Below, in pieces: positions 1 through 12,021 of a stretch of 35,586 nt of DNA. The notes under the pieces are model-generated. The model searched no databases and was not told the origin of the DNA. It saw only the letters and a program-made list of their open reading frames with translations. Where the stretch lies: the NCBI GenBank assembly GCA_000697335.1, contig JNEM01009897.1, positions 1-35,586 of the forward strand, in the 5' to 3' direction. The stretch comes from Conidiobolus incongruus B7586 (Eukaryota). The position numbers and the translations under genes are program-made. Each line of letters begins with the position of its first letter. Position 1 is the stretch's first letter.

Positions 1-959
1 GCGCTGACTTTACCGACTTCAGTTAAACGGTTGATCCAAATTCTGTTTCCAGAAAGCAATTCTTCAACTTCATCTAAGCGAGAAGGGTAGTTTTCGGCCC
101 ACTTGTAAATATCTTCCAACAAGTTGATAGGAAGGTCTAAGGCGACACCACCAGGCCTGACATAGGCAGCATGCATACGAGCACCAGAAACACGTTCATA
201 GAATTCCATCATGCGTTCACGTTCTTCGAATAACCATAAAAGAGGAGTGGTAGCACCAACGTCAAGAGCGTGAGAACCGACAGCCATACAGTGATTTAAA
301 ATACGGGTGATCTCAGCAAACATAGTACGGATCCATTTGGCACGTTCAGGACATTCAATATTTAATAATTTTTCAACGGCCAAGGAATAACATTGTTCGT
401 TGGTCATCATAGAAACGTAATCCAGACGATCAAAATAAGGTAAAGCTTGCATGTAAGTCTTATACTCACATAACTTTTCAGTACCACGATGAAGTAATCC
501 GACGTGAGGATCGGCACGTAAAATTTCTTCACCACTTAATTCTAAAATTAAACGCAACACACCGTGAGCAGCAGGATGTTGAGGACCAAAGTTAATAGTG
601 AAATTTCTCAATTTGGTATCATCAAAATCGTTAACCTCTACAAAATTAAGAGTTAATAATTTGTTTTAGTAATAATGAAAATAATTGAATTTAATGGGTT
701 AATTCAATATAGAGATTTTGATTAAAAAAATTTTAAGATTTAAAAACTAATCATTACCAACATAAGGAGCGGTGTCTTCATCACCAGACCAAGGTAAAGG
801 ACGAGTAGCAGCAGCTAAAGCGGGGTTGATTTTCTTTTTATGAACATGAGGATTGGCAGTTGCCATAGATCTGGCAATGTTCAAGTTGTTGAAACCGAAG
901 TTTTTAATTGAAGAAGTGCTGCGAAGTAAGCTTTTAGAAAGTAAAAATCTTGAGGCCAT
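1..959 (-). CDS. NDUFS2: NADH:ubiquinone oxidoreductase 49-kDa subunit (NDUFS2/Nad7 homolog), 5' part; runs off the window start
   Basis: Exon 1 (959-758) encodes an Arg/Ser-rich mitochondrial-type presequence ([15 protein letters not shown]). GT-AG intron 757-638. Exon 2 translates to [45 protein letters not shown]...[13 protein letters not shown], the family signature. Confidence 0.97.
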
Positions 960-3283
960 TTTTGAAGTTGATTATGATAATTCAGAAAAGTTCCAGTAAG
1001 GGCAAACAATCAAGCTGAAAGCGATAGTTACAAACAATATAAAAGAATAAGGATTAATTTGTATATTATCAGCTGGTTGATGATTGTATTATAAATATTT
1101 CAAACTAGAATCAACGTTTTACGATAAAGATTCCAGTCAAACTAATTATTATAATGATTAGATCTTATCAATTAAAAATATGGTATTAATTTATTTCATC
1201 ATTCATCATAAAAATTTCATCCTTTCCTTTTTTGTACATTTTATTACCTCAATTTTATTTTGATCAAATTTATACTATTTACTTATACTATTTTTATTAT
1301 AAATATTGTTACTTCAAATTATAAAGATAGAGTATTTTTTATTACTTGTATTATGAAAAAATATACTTAAATTACCTGGCAATATATTATTTTTAAATTA
1401 ATGACAAAAAATTTTAAAAATACAAAATATTTAATTGCTTGAATTTATATATTATAGTGTTAAAATATAGACATATAAAATAATTAAGATGTTTATAATA
1501 ATGTTTAATGTATTATATTACAAAACTTTGTTCCTTAATATTTTTTCAAGAAGCTTATAAATCATAATTGCATTACAAAGTATTAGAACAGTGTAAAATT
1601 TTTCTATTAGAAAAGCAATGAATATAAAAATTCATTTTATAATATATTAAAAATTGTTATTATGTTTAATTGATAAAATTAAGATTTTGACATATGTATA
1701 ATATGATATATTTTTTAAGTTTTTGTTTTTTGGATATAACATTTTGTATAGCTTGAGCCCAGATTTAGATAAACCTATATTAGAATTAATATATTTTTGA
1801 GTTTTTCGTATTTGAATAATGAGATAAATAATAATGATATATTGTTTTAAGATAATATATATAGCTTTTACCTTTATTGACTGAAGCGTTATTATACTTA
1901 TTAATAATAGAATGCCAATTGAACATATGAGCATTCAGCTTTGTCAAATAAATACTGTAAATTGAAATAATGATTATATTTAAATTTTTTTATAAATTTA
2001 ATATATAATCATGTGATGTATTTTGATATATATTTTATAATGAATATATTATTACAATATTGATTGTGATTTTTGATAATGCCGATAATTATTAAGCATG
2101 CTGAGATTAAATATTGAAATTCAACTTGTAATTTGGTAACAATTGTGTACTCTATCAATCAGAATTTCTTAATGTCTCATTAATTTTTAATATCTAAATG
2201 ACTGTATAAAAGCCTCAATTATATTGAATTTTCCTTCAAGTTTATATCAAATATATATTTATATGGTTTATTATTTATATTTCAATATTCAAACACTTTT
2301 TTTAAACCCCAAATAATTCTTGGTGTTTCAAGTAATCGTGAAAACGTATAAATTAATTTGTATATACTTCAAATGCTCAAGAAAAACACAAATATTATAT
2401 ATTTTACCAAAAAATACTAAAATATTTAAATATATTTCTATATTATATCAATCTCAAGTATCACACGATATCAAAAAAGTATTTTCATATTTACAAAATT
2501 CAAATAATAGTGGATCTACATTGAATTCACAATCTTTCAACTTTATTTAAAAATACTATGTCATATTACAAACTTGCTAAATTTCATTACAAATAATAAA
2601 AATAATGGTATAATCATATATCTAAAGCATAATTAATAATTGTATATTTTTATATTATATGTTTGATTTATTTAATGTTCATATATAACCTATATCATTT
2701 TTTTATACTTTAGTACAAGTTGTTAATAATATTTTGAATAACCTTGCTAATTTCTAATATATTCCATGCTTGGAAGTATGATTTTTAAAATATATTTCAT
2801 TCAAGTTATAAATTTTTTTCGATATTATAAACAAATGTTCATTGAATTATATTGAAGTTTGTTTTAGGTAATTTTACAATTCTTATTAAATATGAAAATA
2901 TTTAGCCAATATTTGATCGAATATGCAAATATCTGATTATTAAAATATATTCAAATTATAATTGATATCAATATATCAAAATTAAATATTATATATGTAC
3001 TAAATTCAAAAATTAAGAGTTATTTTAAATAGAAATTTGACGCCCTTTAGACCAAATAAATGGAATACTTTAAAATTTCCCTAGTTTCAAGCAACATGAT
3101 ACAAAAATAATACTGGATCGTTAATTAATCCCATGAATTTAATTATTTAATCAAAGTATTTATTCAATTGACTATTTAATTAGTTTATTCAAGATTACAA
3201 AGTTACTAAATTCAATTCAATTAAGAGTTAAAATAGGCTAATTAAATAATTAAATTTACCATTTATTAAACACACTCAATATC

Positions 3284-5110
3284 ATGGAAGAGAACGACAT
3301 TTCCTCAAGCCCTTTGTCATCCATTTTATCTTCTTTAACTTCACTCGGGTCAAGCCCTCCTCCCTCCCCTGAACTTCTCCCTCTTCAGTCACAAGCTAAA
3401 ATGGAATCCCCTGCTTCCAACCTGAAATCGCCAACGAAACAATCTAAAAGGCTCAAGCGTCCAGTGAAACCTACCGTCTCAGTCAACGACCTTTTAACGG
3501 ATTATAGTCATTGGGACTTTCGCTTAGGTAACATGACAATTGACCAAGCCAACAAAATTCTGGAGGTAGAAGACGAAGAGGAAGAAGATTCTGATGACTA
3601 TATCTCAAGGCAAGACTTTATTAAACGGAGTTATGAGTAAGTATATTATATTATTAAATTCAAATTTTATAGTTTTTTAAACCATTTCACAGATTAGAAA
3701 AAGAAATAGAAAATTTAATTTCCAAGCAATTACCTAGCTCCCTTAAAAAACCCACCTTATCCGATGCTGAAATCCTTTCAAACCAACTAGCAAACAAGAA
3801 AAACCACACTATATGCTCGGTATGTGACAATGAAGGAGATATGGTATGTTGCGATGGTTGTCCACGTTCATTCCACTTCTCGTGCTTTGTTCCACCTTTA
3901 GATTCCAACAATTTACCGGAAGGTTTATGGTATTGCTATGAATGCAAACCCAGGAAAATTGAAAGGAAATCTACTAATCCCTATCTTAACAAATTTCTTG
4001 ATGGAATATCTAAGCTCAATCCTTCATGTTTTGAAATCTCAGGAAGTTTAATAAAGGAATTTCAAGGTTTAATCCAAAATCAAGAAGGAGATTATGTAGA
4101 TAATAGAAGAGCTAAAACCGATAAAAGGAGGTAATACTGTCTTTTTTAACTTTATTTGATTTATTAATCTTTTTATAGATCTAACGAGCCCAGAAATAAT
4201 TGGGATAATATTGTACTTAAAAGTATGGATTGCAATCCTCCCAAATCTTGTTTTTGGTGTAAAAAGTCGCGCCTTGTAGACCCACTAATTCAATGCGATT
4301 ATTGTTCTTTAAATTGGCATTTAAGCTGTCTCAATCCACCACTTTCTGAGCCACCTAGGCCTGATAGAAAATTTATGTGTCCACACCATATCGAGCACCA
4401 TTTGGGACCAATTTGGCAAAGAACTTTTAACCCCTATTCGCTTACAATCGAAGAAGACGAAAGAGAAAATAAAAAAATTAGATTAACTGGAACAAGCATC
4501 GATTCATGGATTAGTAATACACAACTCAAGAATAATAGTGTCAATTTTACTCAAGAAGAATCGGAATTAATAGCTCGAATATTTTGCGACAAAACTAAAA
4601 AGTAAGTCTAACCCATTTTATTAACTGTTTTATATTGACTTTTATTTTATAGAAATAAGCAAAATGGCGATAAAAATCAAAAAAAACCAAAACATTCGAA
4701 TACCATCAATTCGCATTCAAATGATGAAACGGAGTCCTTTAGCAAAGAACTGAGCCAGGTATATTTAACCACACTCTTCGGTACTATTAATATTTATCAT
4801 GGCTAAATAGCTGCTCAAATCCAATTCACCCACTCAACGCTCAACATCGGAAGAAAAATTAGAACAATTGTTAAACAAAATATCCGTAAGATTTGAAAAT
4901 TTTTAAATTGAAACAATAAACTAAATTTATACTGCAATTATTTAGGAAAATACACAAGAATCAACACCTCCAGCCTCAACAGACGATGCTGACAAAACAT
5001 TTGGTAAAATGGATTATTTTAGATACTCCAAATTGTCCAAAATTCAGTCTCAACTGCTACACAAAAATCCCAAAGAACTCATCCATGTATTAAAGTCAAT
5101 CAGAAAATAA
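3284..5110 (+). CDS. Double PHD-finger chromatin protein (Rco1/Cph1/PHF12-like), multi-exon
   Basis: PHD1: CSVCDNEGDMVCCDGCPRSFHFSCFVPP...WYCYEC. PHD2: CFWCKK...IQCDYCSLNWHLSCLNPP...KFMCPHH. Short GT-AG introns at about 3637-3691, 4131-4178 and 4602-4652, with more downstream. Last exon ends TAA at 5108-5110. Subfamily assignment is inference. Confidence 0.85.
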
Positions 5111-5801
5111 TTAATTAATTATTCAACTAAAAAGTATATTCTCCACATTGTAATATTTTAACCTGTATTATTACTAAAATATCCTATTCGCAAAATATAA
5201 TAAATTTGTTCTAATATTGTATTAATAACTTAATATATACTTTAAGTCTCATTTAATTTTTTTCGATCCATTTTATTCACATAATTTGTGAATATATAGC
5301 AATTAAAATACTAGTTATATATTCTATAATTCAATAAATTTCAATCTAATCATTTATTTTATATGATTGACATTTATGATTTAAATATTGAAATTTTTAA
5401 ATTTTTAGCAATATTAGCCTTTATTTTTTGAAATTCTCAAGTATTTGATTAAAGTTATAATGAAAATGAGTTTAATAATGAATTATGATAATATTGTAGT
5501 TTGATTCCAGTTTTTTGTTACAAATTATCAAATATGAAAATACGATTAAAAGATTTGAATTTTTTATTTCATAATCTTAAATGTTTATTGATGTCAAAAA
5601 TAATGAATTTTCACAAGAGAGTTATTTCATTTTAATGTGAATATATTGAATATAACTACATATATACCCTATATACTATAAATAAAATTTTGTTTTAAAA
5701 TATGATTTAATTTCATAAAATTATGAATATTGGTGTGTATATAAAAAATAGGGAGATTATAAATTATAGAATTTAATTAGGTTTGAATATATTGAATTGA
5801 A

Positions 5802-7124
5802 TTAAGAGGAGTAATCATAAAATCCTCTACCAGTCTTTTTACCCAACCAGCCGGCATCGACGTACTTTTGTAATAAGATGGCTGGACGGTATTTAGAATC
5901 ACCTAATTCGTTGTGGAGTACTTTCATAATGGCCAAACAGGTATCCAATCCAATGAAATCGGCTAATGTTAAAGGTCCCATGGGGTGGTTGGTGCCCAAT
6001 TTCATAGTGGTATCGATATCTTCTCTGGAGGCAATTCCCTATAAGATTCAATGTTAATCAATTGAATCTTTGATGATATATCATATGTAGTAAATACCTC
6101 TTGTAAAACCATAACAGCTTCATTAATGTAAGGCATCAATAATCTGTTGGCAATGAATCCAGGAATATCCTGACTTGAGGTAGTGGTCTTACCTGGTTGA
6201 ATTGTTATTGTTATATTCAATAATCAGCTGAATCAGATTAATTAAACTTACCCATGGCTTTGGACAAAGCCAAAGTCTTATTCAAGGTATTCTTAGAAGT
6301 GGCTAATCCAGAGATAATTTCAACTAACTTCATGACGGGGACTATTAATTAAGTAATCAATGATAAGTGAATTTATATTAAAATATGAACTGCTAATCAA
6401 ATTACCTGGATTCATAAAATGCATACCAATAACCTGTTCAGGACGTTTTGTAAAAGCAGCGATCTTAGTGATAGAGATACTGGAAGTATTGGTAGCCAAA
6501 ATGGTGTGTTTGGGGGTGACTTTGTCTAAAGTGGAAAATATCTTGCCCTTCAATTCCAAGTTCTCAGAAACTGCTTCAACAATGAAGTCGGATTGATTGA
6601 TCCTATCCTCTAAACTGGTAACGGTAGTAATGCGAGATAAAATGTTATCCTTTTCTTCACTGGTTAACTTTTGCTTGGTGACATCTTTTTCTAATAATTT
6701 GTCTAGGATTGAAAGAGTTGAGTATTTCCATAGAATAGCATAATTAATGTGATAACATATTACCACAAAACTTGAGACCCTTTTCCAATTGAGTGGGGTT
6801 TGTATCCATCAAGATGACGTTGGGGATTTTGGCTTGACGAGCAGCTACTAAAGCAATACCTAAGCCCATTTGACCAGCTCCAACAACGCCAAAAGTGTTA
6901 ATACCATTTTCAATAGGCTATTATATTTAGTTTGTTTAACTGTGCCATAAATTGATATGATTAGCAATAGTTACCTGATCGCCCTTTAAAATAGCATTAG
7001 TATTGAAATGACGAACCTAATAACAACAATATGATTAATACTTAATAAAGATATAAAATATGTAAATAGCATTTACTTGTCTAATTAAAGAATTTTTAAC
7101 GATGCGATTACTAGCCCTCAACAT
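5802..7124 (-). CDS. Mitochondrial 3-hydroxybutyryl-CoA / 3-hydroxyacyl-CoA dehydrogenase, multi-exon
   Basis: ATG at 7124. Rossmann motif [13 protein letters not shown]; motifs [58 protein letters not shown] and [12 protein letters not shown]. Several short GT-AG introns. Confidence 0.95.
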
Positions 7125-7242
7125 TTTAATAGTTTAATCAAAGTTAACAGTGACGAAATAAAATCGTACTTTATAAACAAATCTTCTTTTGTAGTTTATT
7201 ATGTGATGGATGAATATCACAGTCATATGAGTTCAGCAACAT

Positions 7243-7332
7243 CCAATCAACACTTTAAAAATCACTCAATGGCTGAACCAATAATTCACGTGAATGCATA
7301 TTTTTACTGATTATTCTTACTTTCAACCAATT
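7243..7332. promoter_or_regulatory. Candidate promoter elements upstream of the dehydrogenase: palindromic E-box and CCAAT boxes
   Basis: Perfect 12-bp palindrome ATTCACGTGAAT at 7284-7295 (CACGTG bHLH/Cbf1-type core). CCAAT at about 7243, 7278 and 7327, which is 120-210 nt upstream of the ATG. Confidence 0.4.
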
Positions 7333-8075
7333 ATTTCAATCTTTCCATATTTATACAGATATTGAATAATTGTCAATACCAAAACAATTCAACAGAGAAT
7401 TCCCAATTAATCAAAATAACGATTAATTTATATAGAGAAATAAAGTATAATTAAGAAAAAAAATATGAAAACTAAAGCTCTAATTGAATTATTAAGGTTT
7501 ATTTTAATAGTCTATTCTCTAAGTAATATTCTTAAACAATATAATTTTTAGTAATAGGGACCTATATTGTTGAAAAAACTTCAATTAGTATCAAAACTTA
7601 AGATTGTGTGATTAAATCTTTAGTCTTCAGTTGTCCCAAATAGCTCATTCCATCTTTATAGAGATTTCTATTTTGTTGATTTAGTTGAAAGCTTTGCAAT
7701 AATTTTTGAGGATTAGGAGGCAATGAATTGTATTTCCAATAACTCATTAATATTTAGGCTTTTTTAAAAAATAATTCTTTTTAATAGATATACCACGTTT
7801 TTATACTTTTTAATTTAGTCCAATTTTTGGAATATTTGAAACTTAAAATTTGTGAATTTGTTGGAGAGTCTAATTGTTTCATTGAAGTATATTTGTTTAA
7901 GTTTAATTAAAAAATTGTTTATAGGAATGTTAAAAGTAAATTCGAATGAATATGGGTTAAAATTAATATGAATGAAAATTAAACATAGCTTTGATTTTAG
8001 TGGAATAGAAAAAAAGAAAAATAATTGATACTTAAATGAATGATATTTATTAATGATCAATGTGACCGTTATTAA

Positions 8076-8157
8076 GACACTTTGGCGGAGTGGTTAACGC
8101 GGCGCCCTGCTAAGGCGTTTCCCTTTGGGAGCACAGGTTCGAATCCTGTAGGTGTCG
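8076..8157 (+). tRNA. tRNA-Ser(GCT)
   Basis: Acceptor stem GACACTT/AGGTGTC with discriminator G. D-arm TGGCGGAGTGGTTAACGC. Anticodon arm GCGCC-CTGCTAA-GGCGT. Long variable arm and GGTTCGAATCC T-arm. Downstream T-run at 8171-8178. Confidence 0.96.
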
Positions 8158-8491
8158 TTTGGGTTAATGATTTTTTTTAAATAATGAAATTATTATATTT
8201 ACTATTCAACAATCTGTCAATTGATATTTGAAATATTATTATAACTTATATTTTATTCATTTTATTTTTCTTTATATTATCACCATTCATCAAATAATAA
8301 TCAAAATAATAATTTACATTAACATTCAATATATACACATTATTTTTTAAATTATTTGATACTATTTAAATGAAGAAACTTCTAAAATCAGAAATGATTA
8401 CTTATTAACACTGATTAAATTATATTAAGATAATATGTAATTTTAATATATATATATTTCAAAATAATTTTTAGGAAATAGATAAATATGA

Positions 8492-9951
8492 TTATTTACT
8501 AATTTCATGGGTTTTATCTGTCAAATATTTTAATCCGACAGTGCCCAAATTGACGCAATATTCAATAATGATGCATGAAGGAGGGTTAATATCATATTGT
8601 GTTTGAGCCTTATCCAACTCTTTCAACGTGGTTTTGATGCATCGTTCATTCAGATACGTACTTTCTTCGACGAACATGCAAGAAAGATTTTTGGGGTATC
8701 CCAAATCTATCAATTTTTGTTTGAGAGGTTTACATACTCCAACTGCCATCAGATAGACGAGTGTGGTGCCTGACGAGTATGCTAGAGATTCAGGAATATT
8801 ACCGCCTTAGGATCTCGCTGTCAGTAGTATTAATTTGTTGCTAGCACTGCGATGTGTTACTGGGATTAGTGAAGAGTGAGCACAGCTTATCGAGCTCGAA
8901 ATAACAGGAATCGAGATAGGTTTGTAGCCATGATATTGATAAAATCCAATTTCCCCACCTACGCGACCGAATACGAACGGATCACCCTCCTTCAATCTGC
9001 CTACTTTTTTTACCTGCTTGGAGACCTTCTAACACCCAATGGTCCAATTGCTCTTGGATGGGATCGGATGATCCTACGAGCTTTTTGGGAGCTATTTCGG
9101 GCTCGCCATTCACTAAATCTAACTTTTTGGGTGATACAAGACGATCCGAAGCCATTAATTCAGCTCCTTAGAGTGTTTTGGCATCTGCTGCTGTAAATAA
9201 GTCTGGATTGCCTGACCCTGCTCTAACGATCGTTATCATACCTTTGCTTTCTACAAGCGAAGGGTAATTGAGAACTCGATTATTTTGTTAATAACTCACC
9301 AACTGATTGATAATCGTCTAATCAATCTTTGCCAACCGATCATAAGACTGCTTATCGCACAAATCATAGCACCGTTTCATCCTCCTAGGCGCCTCATTAC
9401 CAGGATCAACCTTCAGGATAATTTCCTTAATCAATCTGAACTTGTCCATAGCTAACTCCATATTCTTAGGTAAACTATCAATCATTTTCTTGCGTAGATT
9501 CTTCGCCAATCTTGGCGCCTTCCTGTTTGATGATGCTGCAATCTGCAACACATTATCCTTATGGTTGGACATAAACCAAAAATCACCTTTTGGAACATCG
9601 CCAGCCACATTTACTGGAATATTCCTTTGTTTACACAATTTATAATTTCTCTGACCAAGTTCTGGTGGTCGATCAGTACTCAAACACATGTCAGTACCCT
9701 TCAAATCCTCAAAAAAGAATTCCCTATCGATCCACTCCATCTCGTCATTGTCTATCCTAAGCTGAACTTCTTCAGATATTTCAGGTTTTGGACACACTAC
9801 CGTGACTTTAGCGTCGAATTGTAAACTTGATCGAATCCTGCTACTGGCTTCGTATCCTCTGCCTACTACGAGTACTCTTTGACCTTTGATTTTCCACGTT
9901 TGGATTAATGACCTGCTACACTTAATTTTTGTTAAATTTTGAATATATCAT
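8492..9951 (-). pseudogene. Siroheme synthase pseudogene (Met8-like dehydrogenase/ferrochelatase fused to Met1-like uroporphyrinogen-III C-methyltransferase; CysG architecture), intronless
   Basis: One reading frame: SLIQTWKIKGQRVLVVGRGYEA...NIPVNVAGDVPKGDFWF...LQIAASSN...ITIVRAGSGNPDLFT...RLKEGDPFVFGR...IPVTHR...LVYLMAV. In-frame stops at 9318-9320 (TAG), 9288-9290, 9168-9170 and 8807-8809 (TAA). Conserved GGG and GAGPGDP motifs are degraded. The nearest ATG (9951) is out of frame. Confidence 0.9.
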
Positions 9952-10499
9952 CTTAATTTATTGCTTGTTATTCAAGGTTATATTTCTATTTACTACCACT
10001 TTTATAAAATATTGAATATTTTTCACAATTAAATCCTTTAAGTTATATTTTTATATTGTTGGAACATGAATCAGGCTGATTAATTTTTTAACTAAATGAA
10101 ATGATTGGAATTGAAAATGATATGGGGATTTAGTACCCTCAAATTTCTGGCTATATTCTTCCAATAATTTTTACCTTTAATTCCTTAGAAATTTTTCACT
10201 ACTTAAAATTATTATAGTTATAAAATTATCCTATTAATACAATTCGATGTTTCAAATTATTAATTTTTGATAAAATAAATTTTGTTATCATATTAAATAG
10301 CAATAATTTCAATAGAATTTGAATGTTTTTACCAAGTTTTTTATACTACCGTATATAGTGCTATTTTTTATTTAAACTTTTAATATAATGTCGATTAGTT
10401 TGTATACCTTTCCCTAATTTGTAATATAACATATTCTTTTCAAGTCAATCAGATCGCCAAATATTAAGAAAATTAGCGCAAAATTAATATATTAATGGT

Positions 10500-11860
10500 G
10501 TAAATTAAATGTATATCGTTAGATAAATAGATATTTATCATTATTATAAACTTCCAACCAATGTCCACCCAAACTGATGATTCTATTCTGAAAAGGTTAC
10601 TATTTTGGTCTTGATAGAGGCCTGTAATCCTTTAATTGCCTTGTTTTGGTCAATTAAATTCTTGTTATAGAGAAAATTTAGACTATGAAATAAATGGTAA
10701 TTCAAAGGTACAATATTGGGCGAATAGGTTTGGTGTTTTAACACTTTATCCTATTGTCACGAGTCAGGTGACTCTCCTCCCACGTAATATGCTTACTTCA
10801 ACTGAATATAAGGGTCATTCCCCCCCTCATGTGACCAACCACTTCAACCCTATCCTTTAATCAGCTAATGATACAACCCTCCAGAAAACTCCAGAAACCT
10901 ACTACTCTATGCACTATATATAGAACCCAGAAACAGAGCTATACTACAGAGAAGGAGTTTGATCTGGGTCCTCCCAGCTATTTGGCTTAAATCAATAAAC
11001 CCCCTATCTCCCTAACCTTTACCTGGAAATCCCTAGATCTCTCTCTTTTGCTTATACTATTCCGGACGCGGCTTTCCCAAGACGTGTTACTATTTAAATA
11101 AAAACTTCTTTGTTGCCTTGAATATATATTTATTCGCATTGTCATAGTGGTATAAAATTGATTTAGTTTTTAATTTCGTTTATACTTTTTCTTACAATAC
11201 TTATCAAACTAATTGGTGATTAATATAATAAACTTGATGGTTTGATTCTCTAATAGGACATCAAATATATGATCTCTTCAATGTCCCAACCTGTCTAAGT
11301 TTTTTTTGGAAATTATAACGCTTTTTGTGCTACATTAGTTCAGATTCTGTTTTCCCCTATCAATGCTGCCTGATGATATTTTCATATATCACATATTTTT
11401 CATTAATAATGATTTTAAATTGATATCGACCTTATTTGAATAATGTACAGAGATTCTTAACACAGCACTAAAATCATTGTTGTTTATTTTGTTTTGTGAG
11501 TTTATGTGATATCCATTGACATGATTTCTAAATATATTTTAATTTTCTCAAATATCATGACATAGTTGAAATATCAAAATACAAATTATATGACATTCGC
11601 AAGTTTAAATTTGAGTTCTTTTTAACAAATCCAATCAGTTTATTATCATCTATAGCAAAATTATACCTAAATATTAATTATCATAATTATTGGAATTAAG
11701 ATTTTTAAACCAAGTTTAAAAATTATATAGAGATATAACTTTGTAATTATATGCTAAACAGACTCCACTATATACTTATGAATATTTACTCCATTATTCC
11801 AATATTGAATGATTATCAGAAAATACCAAAAATATTAACCAATGATATAATATCGAAATA
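10500..11860 (-). mobile_element. Degenerate mariner-family (D,D34D) transposase relic, split by a solo LTR
   Basis: Collinear decayed mariner motifs: WFKNLNS and IDDNKLIGFVKKN (HTH region, ~11590-11715); WISHKLT (=WVPHELT, ~11498-11515); IIINEKYVIYEN (=IVTGDEKWVLYDN, ~11380-11412); GWDIEEIIY; ENQTI; HYDNA (~11135-11150). After the LTR: VLKHQTYSPNIVPLNYHLFHSL (=VLPHPPYSPDLAPSDYHLFRSL, ~10680-10745). Many stops and frameshifts. TIRs not confidently located, so the bounds are approximate. Confidence 0.85.
10755..11089 (+). mobile_element. Solo LTR (335 bp) with target-site duplication
   Basis: Begins TGTCACG and ends CGTGTTA (imperfect inverted ends). Flanked by the direct repeat CTAT (10751-10754 and 11090-11093). 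Internal TATATATA (~10915) followed by AATAAA (~10994). GC-richer than its flanks. Removing it rejoins the mariner catalytic region. Confidence 0.8.
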
Positions 11861-12021
11861 GTAAAATCAAAATTTTATTACAATAATAATAATACCACAA
11901 AAACCACCAGATTTTGGTATAATATATATATTACTGAATTTGATAACATCTATGAAATATTTTATTGAAAAAAATAATTCTAAATTCTGTCATATCTATT
12001 CACTTTATTCAGTAAATATAA

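Noticed and set aside
1647..2550. Short ORFs 1647-1934 (-) and 2320-2550 (+), and an SPDL-like peptide on the plus strand near 1755
   Set aside because: The Ile/Lys/Asn/Tyr-rich composition is typical of chance ORFs in AT-rich DNA, and no collinear transposase motifs accompany SPDL.
9251..9299. GTGAGT...TTGTAG as an intron removing one stop in the siroheme synthase
   Set aside because: It is 49 nt, and splicing would shift the frame away from the methyltransferase domain, whereas the unspliced frame is continuous.
8492..9951. Stop-codon reassignment, readthrough or RNA editing rescuing the siroheme synthase frame (all four stops are TAA/TAG)
   Set aside because: Intact neighbours terminate at TAA normally. 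Conserved motifs carry missense changes including transversions, and the start is out of frame, so ordinary pseudogenisation fits better.
10636..10860. 74-aa plus-strand ORF
   Set aside because: It straddles the mariner antisense strand and the LTR boundary, so it is a chance junction ORF.
8076..11089. tRNA-targeted integration of the LTR element
   Set aside because: The LTR is about 2.6 kb downstream of tRNA-Ser(GCT), too far for Ty3-like targeting.
10440..11935. Candidate mariner terminal inverted repeats near 10472-10495 and 11895-11930
   Set aside because: Each loosely resembles mariner TIRs, but they do not form a convincing inverted pair with each other.
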